The notes under the pieces were generated by a model. The model saw nothing but the letters and a program-made list of their open reading frames with translations, was not told where the DNA came from and ran no database searches. The position numbers were made by a program, and so were the translations under genes. Positions 19,412 to 28,921 of a DNA stretch of 32,000 bases are shown here, in pieces; within the stretch, counting starts at the first letter, position 1, and each line of letters begins with the position of its first letter. The stretch comes from an uncultured Planctomycetia bacterium (GTDB lineage: Bacteria > Omnitrophota > Gorgyraeia > Duberdicusellales > 4484-171): positions 27,603 to 59,602 of the forward strand of contig CAZHYN010000007.1 in NCBI GenBank assembly GCA_964536865.1, given 5' to 3'.

Positions 19412-20389
19412 TTATAAACCCATTACTTTTTTTACTTCCTTTAGAGTAGCTTCTGCAAAAGAAGAAGCTTTTTCTCTACCTTCCTCTAATATATTATAAA
19501 GCATTTTTTTTTCTTTTAAAATTTTTTTCTTCTCCTCCCTATGAGGTAAAATGAGCTCTTCAATTATGTCTGCCAAAATAGCTTTGCATTCCTTGCAGCC
19601 TTTCTCTGCTTGCCTACACCAACTTTCTACTTGAGAACTCATCTTAGGAGAAAATACATTATAGTAACTAAAGACATTACATAGATGCGGACGGCCAGGC
19701 TGGTATCTATACTTTCTCTCTGGATCAGTGAACATAGCAAGAACTTTTTCCCTCAAAGATTCTTTTTCCTCATCTAAACTAATATAGTTATTATAACTCT
19801 TACTCATCTTTCTACCATCTAACCCTAAAAGTTTAGGAATCTTAGTAAGGAGGGGTTGGGGCTCTGTAAAAACTTCCTTTTTATAAAGGAAATGAAAACG
19901 TCTTACTAACTCCCTAGTCATCTCTAAATGAGGAAGTTGATCCTCTCCTACAGGCACAAAATCTGCTTTGTAAAGAAGAATATCTGCTGCTTGAAGTACA
20001 GGATAACCTAAGAAAGCATAAGTATTTACCTCCTTATCTTTAAGTTGTCTTATCTGCTCTTTAAAAGTAGGACAGCGCAAGACCCATCCTAAAGGAGCTA
20101 TCAGAGAAAGGATCATAAACAACTCTAGGTGTGCAGAAACTTGAGATTGGATAAATACTACCGATTTTTTAGGATCAACTCCCCAAGCAAGCCAATCAGC
20201 TACGTTATCTAGAAGAATATGATACATTTGCTTAGTGTTTTTATATTCACTCATTAAGGCATGCCAATCAGCTATCATGAAAAAACACTGATAGTTATCT
20301 TGAAGGCTAACCCAGTTAGATAAAGCTCCTACCCAGTGACCTAAATGAAGTTTACCAGTAGGACGCATGCCACTAAGAATTTTCTTCAT
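19412..20389 (-). CDS. trpS: Tryptophanyl-tRNA synthetase
   Basis: SGMRPTGKLHLGH (HIGH-type), VPVGEDQLPHLE and KMSKS. 325 aa. Confidence 0.96.
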   Translation of the reverse strand: MKKILSGMRPTGKLHLGHWVGALSNWVSLQDNYQCFFMIADWHALMSEYKNTKQMYHILLDNVADWLAWGVDPKKSVVFIQSQVSAHLELFMILSLIAPLGWVLRCPTFKEQIRQLKDKEVNTYAFLGYPVLQAADILLYKADFVPVGEDQLPHLEMTRELVRRFHFLYKKEVFTEPQPLLTKIPKLLGLDGRKMSKSYNNYISLDEEKESLREKVLAMFTDPERKYRYQPGRPHLCNVFSYYNVFSPKMSSQVESWCRQAEKGCKECKAILADIIEELILPHREEKKKILKEKKMLYNILEEGREKASSFAEATLKEVKKVMGL

Positions 20390-20394
20390 CTTAA

Positions 20395-22296
20395 TTACAA
20401 CTTTCTTTCTATTACCTCTTCACTAAAGGCTTCGATAATATCCCCTTCTTTAACTTCGCTGTAACCAATATTTACTCCACATTCTAATCCCTCAATAACT
20501 TCTTTTACATCATCCTTAAATCGTTTCAAAGAAAGAATCTTTCCTTTAAAGATTACTTCATTATCTCTTAAAACTTCACAGGAAGCTTGTCTCTGAAGTT
20601 TACCTTTCTCTACAATAACTCCAGCTATCACCCCTCGAGATAATTTAAATACTTTTTTAACTAACGCTCTTCCTAAGAATACCTTTCTAATTTGAGGGGT
20701 AAGCATGCCCTCTAAAGCTAACTTTAAATCATCAATTAACTCATAGACTATTTGATAAAGCCTTATTTGAATCCCTCTGGTTTTAGCTAGAACCCTGGCG
20801 TTGGTATCCACACTTACCTTAAACCCTACAATAACTGCATCGCTCACTTCAGCTAAAAGTACATCAGAAGAGTTAACTGAACCTACTCCTTTATGAACTA
20901 TGTTAACTTCTACCTCCTTAGTACCTAAATCTCTTAGAGCATTCTCTACTGCCTCTAAAGTCCCTCCTACATCTGCCTTTAAAATAACCTTAAGTTGTTT
21001 TATATTCTTATCTTTTACTCTTTTGTAAAGATCCTCTAACCTCATATGCACAGGAGGAGAAAGTCTTTTTCTTTCCTCTTCCTCTCTTCTTCTATTCACA
21101 ATTTCTTTAGCAGTACTCTCATCGGGAACAACGAAAAACTTATCTCCTGGGTTGGGAACCCCTCCCAAACCTAGAATCTCTACAGGATAAGAGGGAAATA
21201 CCTCATCTAACTGATGCCCCCTATCATCATACATTGCTCTTACTCTTCCCCAATATAAGCCACATACACAGAAATCACCTTTTTTTAACTTACCCTCTTG
21301 GATAAGTATAGTAGCCAACGGCCCTCTTCCTTTGGAGAGTTTAGCCTCTATAACTACTCCCAAAGCAGGGCGGGAATAATCCGCTTTCAATTCCATAAGT
21401 TCTGCCTGTAAAAGGATTAACTCTAAAAGTTCATCTATCCCTTCGCCAGTTTTAGCAGAAACTCCTATGGTAACGGTATTACCTCCCCAATCTTCTGGAA
21501 CTAATCCTATTTTAGAAAGTTGTTGCTTAGTCATATCTATATCAGCGTTAGGCTTATCAATCTTATTGATAGCTACAATAATAGGAACCCCTGCATCTCG
21601 ACCATGATCATAAGCCTCTATAGTTTGAGGTTTTACGCCTTCATCAGCAGCAACAACTAAAATAATAATATCAGTTATATTAGCCCCTCGTGCACGCATA
21701 GCAGTAAAAGTTTGATGTCCGGGCGTATCTAAAAAAGTAATTTCTCCTTTATCCAGAGTTACCCGATAAGCTCCAATATGTTGAGTAATCCCTCCTGTTT
21801 CTCTTTCGGCAATCTTACTTTTTCTTATGTAATCCAATATAGATGTTTTACCATGGTCAATATGGCCCATAAGAGTAACTACGGGTGCTCTTTTTTTCAC
21901 TTCTTTAGGCTCTACTTTCAAAATTTCTTCCTCTTTAGGTGGTTTCTTCTTAAGATTAACTTTATAGTGATAAGCAATCTCCTTAGCCGTAATTTCATCA
22001 AGATTCTGATTTATAGTATAAAATTTACCTTGATTTACAAGAAACTTGAGAATTTCTGAAGGTTTCTTATCCAATTTCACTGCTAGATCTTTTAAAGCAA
22101 TAGGGAAATCAACTTCTACTACATTTTCTTCGATCTCTTTTTTCTCCAAATCCTCTATCTCATGTTTTATAATCTCTGCCGTCTCTTCATCTACTACTGA
22201 CATATGGCTTTTTACAAAGAAGTTTAAACTCTTAAGTTTCTCGATGAGTTGTTTAGAATCCATTCCTAATTGTTTTGCTAATTCATAAATTCTCAT
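20395..22296 (-). CDS. infB: Translation initiation factor IF-2
   Basis: IF2_N segment MRIYELAKQLGMDSKQLIEKL. G-domain motifs GHIDHGKTS, DTPGH and NKID. 633 aa (short N-terminal region). Confidence 0.97.
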   Translation of the reverse strand: MRIYELAKQLGMDSKQLIEKLKSLNFFVKSHMSVVDEETAEIIKHEIEDLEKKEIEENVVEVDFPIALKDLAVKLDKKPSEILKFLVNQGKFYTINQNLDEITAKEIAYHYKVNLKKKPPKEEEILKVEPKEVKKRAPVVTLMGHIDHGKTSILDYIRKSKIAERETGGITQHIGAYRVTLDKGEITFLDTPGHQTFTAMRARGANITDIIILVVAADEGVKPQTIEAYDHGRDAGVPIIVAINKIDKPNADIDMTKQQLSKIGLVPEDWGGNTVTIGVSAKTGEGIDELLELILLQAELMELKADYSRPALGVVIEAKLSKGRGPLATILIQEGKLKKGDFCVCGLYWGRVRAMYDDRGHQLDEVFPSYPVEILGLGGVPNPGDKFFVVPDESTAKEIVNRRREEEERKRLSPPVHMRLEDLYKRVKDKNIKQLKVILKADVGGTLEAVENALRDLGTKEVEVNIVHKGVGSVNSSDVLLAEVSDAVIVGFKVSVDTNARVLAKTRGIQIRLYQIVYELIDDLKLALEGMLTPQIRKVFLGRALVKKVFKLSRGVIAGVIVEKGKLQRQASCEVLRDNEVIFKGKILSLKRFKDDVKEVIEGLECGVNIGYSEVKEGDIIEAFSEEVIERKL

Positions 22297-23433
22297 TTAC
22301 TCTTTTAGATAATTTTTTGCTTCTTCAATTATTTTTTCTGCTTTCTTCTCCCCTATACCTTTTATCTTTCCTAAATCGTCAACAGAAGCAAAAGCTAACG
22401 ATTTTATATCTGAATAGCCAGCATTCACCAAAAGAGTAGCAGTACGTTTACCTACATTCTTTAATTTACTTAATTCCTTTAGACTCCGTTGAATACCCTC
22501 TTTAGTCCGTACATCTATCTCCCAATCTACTAACTTAGAAGCTAACCTTACATTCTGTCCTTTCTTACCAATAGCTAAAGAAAGCTGCTCAGAAGTCACC
22601 AGAACTTTAGCACGTTTGTTATTTCTATCTAACTCAATGCGAGAAACTACCGCCGGAGATAAAGCTGCCTTAATAAACTCTTTTATATCTTCTTGCCACC
22701 GCACAATATCGATTTTCTCTCCTCGTAATTCCTCAATGATATTCTTAACTCGAGAGCCTCTTATCCCTACACAGGCTCCTACACAATCTACTTTTTCATC
22801 TTTAGAATAAACTGCTATCTTGGTTCTTTCTCCTGATTCTCTAGCTATGGCTTTAATTTCCACTATTCCTTCATAAACTTCAGGAACCTCTAATTCAAAT
22901 AGTTTTTTAACTAATCCTTCACTTTTTCTAGAAAGAATAATTTGAGGGCCTTTCTCTTTTTTCACCTCTACCACCAAAGCCCTTACTCTTTCTCCCATAC
23001 GAAATTTATCCAAAGGAGAAAGAAAACTCTTAGGAATTATTGCTTCTGCCTTTCCCAGTAGATCTAATACTACGCCTCTTTTCTCAATACGATATACTAC
23101 TCCTCCTACTATTTCCCCTACTTTATCTTTGAATTCATTATAAACATTCTCTTTCTCCGCTTCTCTAATCTTTTGTATTATCACCTGCCGGGCAGTTTGA
23201 GCAGCGATCCTTCCAAACTGAGGAGAAGAAACTTCCTTATCTCCAATCCAAACATGAATGTCTCCCTTCTCTTTATCTATTTCTACCTTAACCTCAGCAC
23301 CAGGCGAAGTTATCTTAGCAATCTTTTTTGCTGCTACAATTAGAGCTTGTTTTACTGCCTCAATAAGAATCTCTCTATTTAATCCTTTTTCTCTTTCTAA
23401 CTGTTCTAAGATACTTAAAAATTCTTTATTCAT
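22297..23433 (-). CDS. nusA: Transcription termination/antitermination factor NusA
   Basis: N-terminal domain, S1 (GEIVGGVVYRIEKRGVVLDL), two KH domains (VGACVGIRGSRVKNI; AIGKKGQNVRLAS) and a C-terminal HhH (IKGIGEKKAEKI). 378 aa. Confidence 0.96.
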   Translation of the reverse strand: MNKEFLSILEQLEREKGLNREILIEAVKQALIVAAKKIAKITSPGAEVKVEIDKEKGDIHVWIGDKEVSSPQFGRIAAQTARQVIIQKIREAEKENVYNEFKDKVGEIVGGVVYRIEKRGVVLDLLGKAEAIIPKSFLSPLDKFRMGERVRALVVEVKKEKGPQIILSRKSEGLVKKLFELEVPEVYEGIVEIKAIARESGERTKIAVYSKDEKVDCVGACVGIRGSRVKNIIEELRGEKIDIVRWQEDIKEFIKAALSPAVVSRIELDRNNKRAKVLVTSEQLSLAIGKKGQNVRLASKLVDWEIDVRTKEGIQRSLKELSKLKNVGKRTATLLVNAGYSDIKSLAFASVDDLGKIKGIGEKKAEKIIEEAKNYLKE

Positions 23434-23897
23434 ACTTCTAACTTCTGTTTAGCAAACTTAATATTATCTAAAGGAATTTTAAGTAACTGTTTTTTATCCT
23501 TAATAAATAAATCTTTCTCCTCTATATCCATAAGTTGTCCTTCCCAGTACTGCTTACCTTTAATAGGAGTATTAAGCCACAGAGCTACAATCTTATTTTT
23601 CACTCTCAAGAAATCCTTCTTTGTAGCTAACTTTCTATCTATACCTGGTGAAAGAACCTCAACTACAAAATCATCTCCTAAAATCTTTTCTTCGTCTAAG
23701 TAGGAAAATATCAACTTATTGAGTCTGGCACAATCATTAATGGTAATACCCCCTTTAGGATAGTCAGCTATCACTCTTACAGTAAAACTATTTCCCTTCA
23801 AGAACAATTTGAACTCTATCAGACTTAATCCTTCGGATTTTAAAAAACCCTCTATCTTTTCTCTAATTTTATTCTTTTTGTTATCTTCAATTAACAT
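23430..23897 (-). CDS. rimP: Ribosome maturation factor RimP
   Basis: 155 aa. Typical position immediately upstream of nusA with an ATGA overlap. Has the LEVLSPGIDRKL-type motif (VEVLSPGIDRKL). Confidence 0.88.
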   Translation of the reverse strand: MLIEDNKKNKIREKIEGFLKSEGLSLIEFKLFLKGNSFTVRVIADYPKGGITINDCARLNKLIFSYLDEEKILGDDFVVEVLSPGIDRKLATKKDFLRVKNKIVALWLNTPIKGKQYWEGQLMDIEEKDLFIKDKKQLLKIPLDNIKFAKQKLEV

Positions 23898-25119
23898 CTC
23901 TAAAAAAGTTTATAAGCTCTTCTTTATTAAAACTGAATTTCTCCTCTGTTGCTCTTACTTCTAATTCATACTTTTTATCCTGAAGATAGTTCTTGCCTAA
24001 AATTAGAATATAAGGGGAACCAATTAAATAAGCATCGTTAAACTTAACTCCTACCTGCTCTAATCTATCATCGACTAACACAGTTAATCCTAATCCTTGG
24101 AGAATTTTCTCTAATTCTAACCCTTGAGTAAAAAGATCTTGGTTATCCGGGTCTACTATAATCAGATTAACTTCAAAGGGAGCTAAAGAAGGAGGCCAGA
24201 TTATCCCTTTCTTATCATGATTCTGCTCTATAACTGAACTAATTATTCTACTCACTCCTATACCATAGCAACCCATAACGAAATACTTTCTCTGATTAGA
24301 TCTATCTAAAAATGTAACCTCCAAACTCTTAGAATACTTATCTCCTAACTTAAACACATGCCCCACCTCGATAGCTTTCTTATTTTTAAGACTCCCCCCA
24401 CATTTCTTACACCGAGAGATATCACGAAAATAAAGATTACATTTAGAGCAATAAGATAAAATATCTTCTCCAATCTCTGCAGGAACCATAAACTCATGAG
24501 AAATACTCCCCCCCATTACTCCTGGATCAGCTTCTACTACTATAAAATTTAATCCACACTCTTTAAAAATCTTATTGTAGGCATCAAGCATTTTCTGATA
24601 ACTCTCTTCTAAACCATTCTCATCCTCATCAAAACTATAAGCATCCTTCATTACAAATTCACAACTTCTTATAAGACCATATCGGGGACGAGCTTCGTCT
24701 CTAAATTTTGTCTGGATCTGATAAAGAATCAGAGGTAGCTGCTTATAACTGGTAACATAGTGGCTTACAATTTCGGTAATTTGTTCCTCATTAGTAGGAC
24801 CTAAACATAATCCTCTTCCTCTTCTATCCTTAAACTTAATCATCACCTCTTCAAGTTCGGAATCTCTTCCTGTCCTTTGCCAGATCTCTAAAGGCTGGAG
24901 GTGACTGGTAACCAATTCTATAGCTCCTTTATCATTCATATGCTTTCTTACAATATTACTTACTTTCTCCAGTACTTTTAAACCTAAAGGAAGATAAACA
25001 TAGATTCCACTCAACATCATATAGAGATAACCCCCTCTTAAAAGGAGCCGGTGACTTAAACACTCCGCACCTTGGGGGTTTTCTCTTAAAGTAGGGATAA
25101 AAAACTTACTATAAAGCAT
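23887..25119 (-). CDS. proS: Prolyl-tRNA synthetase, bacterial type, lacking the INS editing domain
   Basis: FIPTLRE, LGPTNEE, QIQTKFRDEARPRYGLIRSCEFVMKDAYSF, SHEFMV, IEVGHVFKLGDKYS, MGCYGIGVSR and the anticodon-binding tail. It is 410 aa, whereas INS-containing enzymes are about 570 aa. Confidence 0.93.
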   Translation of the reverse strand: MLYSKFFIPTLRENPQGAECLSHRLLLRGGYLYMMLSGIYVYLPLGLKVLEKVSNIVRKHMNDKGAIELVTSHLQPLEIWQRTGRDSELEEVMIKFKDRRGRGLCLGPTNEEQITEIVSHYVTSYKQLPLILYQIQTKFRDEARPRYGLIRSCEFVMKDAYSFDEDENGLEESYQKMLDAYNKIFKECGLNFIVVEADPGVMGGSISHEFMVPAEIGEDILSYCSKCNLYFRDISRCKKCGGSLKNKKAIEVGHVFKLGDKYSKSLEVTFLDRSNQRKYFVMGCYGIGVSRIISSVIEQNHDKKGIIWPPSLAPFEVNLIIVDPDNQDLFTQGLELEKILQGLGLTVLVDDRLEQVGVKFNDAYLIGSPYILILGKNYLQDKKYELEVRATEEKFSFNKEELINFFRDVN

Positions 25120-26152
25120 TTCTTACTTTTTCTAATAAATCTTTAATTGCTTGATTTTCCTTAGTAATCTTTATAATCCTATTCTTTTTAAAGATCGCTC
25201 CTCTTTTCTCTCCAAAAGCTAGTCCTATATCTGCCTGATAAGCCTCTCCTGGACCATTCACTATACACCCCATGATAGCTATCTTTACTGGAAGCCTAAA
25301 TTCATCTATTTTCTCTATCTCTTTTTTAAATTTTTCTACTATTTTTATTAGATCTACTTTGCACCTGCCACAAGTAGGACAGGAAATTATCTCAGGAAAA
25401 AAATTCCTTAACCCTAAGAACTGCAAAATTCTTTTAGCTACTCTAATCTCTTCTCTGGAAGACTCAGTAAGAGAAACTCTTAAGGCATCTCCCAAACCTT
25501 GAAAAAGTAAAATCCCCACCCCTAAGGAGGATTTAACTATACCTTCTAAATATGGTCCTGTAGCTGTAACTCCCAACTGAAGAGGATAGTTAAACCGCTG
25601 AGAAAAAAGTCTATTTGCCAGAACAGTTGATCTAACTTCCGAAGTTTTTAAGGAAACTATTATATCAGAAAAGCCTTCCTCTTCCAAAATCTTCACATAA
25701 TCACTAGCGATTTTCGTCATTTCTCTAGCTAAGTCCAAAGGAGAGTTAAATTCCTTTTTAAATCCACCACTATTTACTCCCACCCTTACTGCTACCTTCC
25801 TATTTTTTGCTTCAGTAATAATCTCTTTTATCTTATTTTTTTTATAGATATTTAAAGGATTTAGCCTTATTCCTTCTAAACCTGCATCCATCGCTAAAAG
25901 AGCTAATTTCCAATTAAAGTGAATATCAGCCACTAAAGGCGTTGTTATCTCTCTTTTTAAGATTTTAGCTATTTGAGCATCTTTTTTTTCTTTAAATGCT
26001 ATTCGTATAATCTCAGCTCCCTCTCTCTCTAAAAGTTGTGCTTCTTTTACCAACTTTTTAATTTCTTTAGAAGGGGTCTTAAGCATCCCTACTATTCTTA
26101 CAGGATTCCTACCTCCTAAAGAAACTTTCCCTACATTAACTTTCCTGCTCAT
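25109..26152 (-). CDS. ispG: 4-hydroxy-3-methylbut-2-en-1-yl diphosphate synthase
   Basis: TIM-barrel N-domain (IRIAF, VADIHF, IRLNPLN). 4Fe-4S ligands CPTCGRC and MGCIVNGPGE. 347 aa. Confidence 0.95.
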   Translation of the reverse strand: MSRKVNVGKVSLGGRNPVRIVGMLKTPSKEIKKLVKEAQLLEREGAEIIRIAFKEKKDAQIAKILKREITTPLVADIHFNWKLALLAMDAGLEGIRLNPLNIYKKNKIKEIITEAKNRKVAVRVGVNSGGFKKEFNSPLDLAREMTKIASDYVKILEEEGFSDIIVSLKTSEVRSTVLANRLFSQRFNYPLQLGVTATGPYLEGIVKSSLGVGILLFQGLGDALRVSLTESSREEIRVAKRILQFLGLRNFFPEIISCPTCGRCKVDLIKIVEKFKKEIEKIDEFRLPVKIAIMGCIVNGPGEAYQADIGLAFGEKRGAIFKKNRIIKITKENQAIKDLLEKVRNAL

Positions 26153-27767
26153 TCTCTATCCTTACTCTTATAACTTTTATAGAATTTTTCCAAGAATTTA
26201 ACACTTTTTGGATATCTAAGGAAGAACTACTTTTAAGTCTTTCTTTTAATTCTTCTTCACTTACTTCCCAAAAGATATACTTACTATCATCGGTAAGTTC
26301 TTTCACTATCTCTGCTCGAGAAAGTCTCTTAGCGAGAGAATAACTAATTTCGGGCACCCTTCTTCTTAAACGCATAATATCATTGTAAGAAACAACTATC
26401 ATAAGAGTAACAAGAACACTCAAACCTATCCGATTAATTATCTCCTCATATTTCTCTGATAGTGGCCTTCTTCTTAACTTTTCTAAAAACATAAGAGAAA
26501 GATGTCCCCCATCTAATACAGGAAAAGGGAAAAGGTTTATTATTCCTAAACTTAAGCTCAATATTCCTACTAAGTTAAAAAGAGGAATTGATCCTGCCTT
26601 CGCTATTTTAGCAGTAAGAAACCCTACTCCTATAGGACCGGCTATTGCTTCCTTAAGAGGTAATTTTTTAAGAATAAGTAGAAGTAAACTTTTACCGATA
26701 ATAAAACAAAGCTCTCCTACCCTTTCCCAAGCTTTAAAGAAGGAAATAACAAAATTTCCTTCTATTACTTGACTCCCTATCCCCACAATAGCAATTTGCT
26801 CTTCCTCTCCCCATAGGTTTTTAAATGTAAATCTGTAAGGATTCACCTTAATTAATACTTCTTTACCTTCCCTTAAAACTTTAAAGGTAAGTGAAGAGCT
26901 ACTCTTTCTTATTAATTGACTTAATTCTTGCCAACTTCTAACCTTTTCTCCATTTACTTCTAAAATCTTATCTCCCTCTTTAAGTCCTGCTCGGTAAGCA
27001 GGATAGTAATGTTTCTTCAAAATTCTGAATAGATGAGAAGTATCTATCCCCTTAAGCTGAGACAGTTTCTCTTCCAAATCTTCTTGATAATAATTCCAGT
27101 AAATAAGTTTATGAGTAGCAAGACCTTTTTGAATAAGGATGGTGATTTCCTCCGAAGAAAAATTTTCTTTAGCGGTAGCTCTTAAGGAATTTGCATAAGC
27201 AGAAACCAACATATGAATTTGGTTCTGAGCTAAGCCCAAAGACTTCAATCTCTCTAAATTTAATTCAGAAATATTCCAAGCAAAATACTTTTCTCTATCT
27301 CCCTCATAAATAAGGTTATTCTCCTTAAGTTTCTCTAACTCTTCAGAAGTGAACTCACTTTTGGGGATAGGAGCGTACCTTATAATTTTCCCTATGATGG
27401 GTTGAGAAGAAGGAAAACCCACAATAAAGATACCCCAAAAAATAAAGAAAGCAAGAATAAAGTTAAATAAAGGACCAAAAAATACTATCCTGGCTCTTAC
27501 CCCTACAGGTTTAGAAAAAAATTCATAATCCTCATAATGCGAAGCACCTCTTTGGTCTCCTGCTAATTTAACGTATCCTCCTAAGGGGATAAGGCATAAT
27601 AAAAGAACTGTCTCCTTCAAAGTGAATTTAACTAAAGGTGGGCCAAATCCTAAGGCGAATTTCTCTACTTTTACTCCACTAAGCCGTGCACCAAGGAAAT
27701 GGCCAAACTCATGAGAAACTATAAGCAAACTTAAAGCGAAAAGAAATATTAGAATATTTAACAGCAT
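26136..27767 (-). CDS. rseP: RseP/RasP-family site-2 zinc metalloprotease (M50) with atypical insertions
   Basis: HEFGHF in TM1, a single PDZ core (AGLKEGDKILEVNGEKV) and NLFPFPVLDGGH in TM3. Sits in the conserved uppS-cdsA-dxr-rseP context. 543 aa, longer than usual. Confidence 0.9.
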   Translation of the reverse strand: MLLNILIFLFALSLLIVSHEFGHFLGARLSGVKVEKFALGFGPPLVKFTLKETVLLLCLIPLGGYVKLAGDQRGASHYEDYEFFSKPVGVRARIVFFGPLFNFILAFFIFWGIFIVGFPSSQPIIGKIIRYAPIPKSEFTSEELEKLKENNLIYEGDREKYFAWNISELNLERLKSLGLAQNQIHMLVSAYANSLRATAKENFSSEEITILIQKGLATHKLIYWNYYQEDLEEKLSQLKGIDTSHLFRILKKHYYPAYRAGLKEGDKILEVNGEKVRSWQELSQLIRKSSSSLTFKVLREGKEVLIKVNPYRFTFKNLWGEEEQIAIVGIGSQVIEGNFVISFFKAWERVGELCFIIGKSLLLLILKKLPLKEAIAGPIGVGFLTAKIAKAGSIPLFNLVGILSLSLGIINLFPFPVLDGGHLSLMFLEKLRRRPLSEKYEEIINRIGLSVLVTLMIVVSYNDIMRLRRRVPEISYSLAKRLSRAEIVKELTDDSKYIFWEVSEEELKERLKSSSSLDIQKVLNSWKNSIKVIRVRIENEQES

Positions 27768-28921
27768 TTTTTCTCTAAATATTCAGAAGCCTTTTTCCTT
27801 GCCCAATCATTCCAAAAAATGATATCCTCCAGAGAAGTAACCCTTTTAGAAGGATATTCAGAAAAGATGTATTCTATCACTTTATATATAGATAAAAAAT
27901 CTATTTTTCCTTTTAAAAAATAATCTATACCCACTTCGTCAGCAGCATTTATCACTATCAGAGAATTATCATTTCTAGTTGCTGCTTTCAAAACTAATCT
28001 TAAAAGAGGAAATCTAGTATAATCAAGCTTATAGAAAGTTAAAATCATCTTATTCTCAATTTTAAAGTAAGAAATATTTTTTAAAGAAGAGGCACGCTCA
28101 GGATAATAGAGAGTGTAACCAATAGGGAGACGCATATCAGGGAAGTAAAAACATAAGAAACTAAATCCATCTTTTAACTCAACAAAGCTATGAACCTTGG
28201 ACTCCCTCTGAATAACTACATCTATCAAATCGTAAGGGATGCCAAAGAACTCATGAGTCTCTATAACTTCAAAACCCTTATTTACTAAAGTGGCACTATC
28301 TATAGTGATGCGTCTGCCCATTCGCCAAGTAGGATGACGAAGCACATCTCTAACTTTCAACTTCTTAAGATACAAAGTCTTTCTTATATTAAAGAGAGGA
28401 CCACCCGAAGCAGTAAGATAAACTTTTCTTATATCCTTCCTATTCACAAATCTTAGAGTTTGATAGAGAGAATTAATTTCACTATCTATAGGAATAATCT
28501 CGGTATGATTAGACTTAGCCTCTTTTTTAATCAACTTTGCTCCTACTACCATAGGTTCCTTACTAGCCAAAGCTATCCTTTTAGTATACTTAATGTGTAT
28601 AAAAAGGGGGAAAAGTGAGGCAATACCTGCAATTCCCATAACTGCAATGTCTGAAGTAAGAGAAGAAAACTCCTTTAATCCACTTTCCCCAAAGAAGAAT
28701 TTCGTAGAAGGTTCAACTATCCTTTTCAGCTCTTTTGCAGACTTTTCATCTACAACACATACATAATTTGGTCTAAACTCCTGAATCTGTCTTTTAAGGA
28801 GTTTAATGTTTCTGTAAGTACAAAGTCCTTTTACTTGAAAATTGTTCTTACTCATTCTTATTACATCTAGAGCATTTCTTCCAATGGAACCTGTGGAACC
28901 AAAAATTATCACTTTCTTCAT
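27758..28921 (-). CDS. dxr: 1-deoxy-D-xylulose-5-phosphate reductoisomerase
   Basis: IFGSTGSIGRNALDV, PIDSEINS-type (IPIDSEINSL), HPTWRMGRRITIDSATLVNKG. 387 aa. Confidence 0.95.
   Translation of the reverse strand: MKKVIIFGSTGSIGRNALDVIRMSKNNFQVKGLCTYRNIKLLKRQIQEFRPNYVCVVDEKSAKELKRIVEPSTKFFFGESGLKEFSSLTSDIAVMGIAGIASLFPLFIHIKYTKRIALASKEPMVVGAKLIKKEAKSNHTEIIPIDSEINSLYQTLRFVNRKDIRKVYLTASGGPLFNIRKTLYLKKLKVRDVLRHPTWRMGRRITIDSATLVNKGFEVIETHEFFGIPYDLIDVVIQRESKVHSFVELKDGFSFLCFYFPDMRLPIGYTLYYPERASSLKNISYFKIENKMILTFYKLDYTRFPLLRLVLKAATRNDNSLIVINAADEVGIDYFLKGKIDFLSIYKVIEYIFSEYPSKRVTSLEDIIFWNDWARKKASEYLEKKCC

Noticed and set aside
20395-22296. Short IF-2 (633 aa), and the absence of ylxR/L7Ae-like genes between nusA and infB.
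   Set aside because: IF-2 N-terminal length and the presence of ylxR vary widely among bacteria. Both are consistent with general streamlining and not individually noteworthy.
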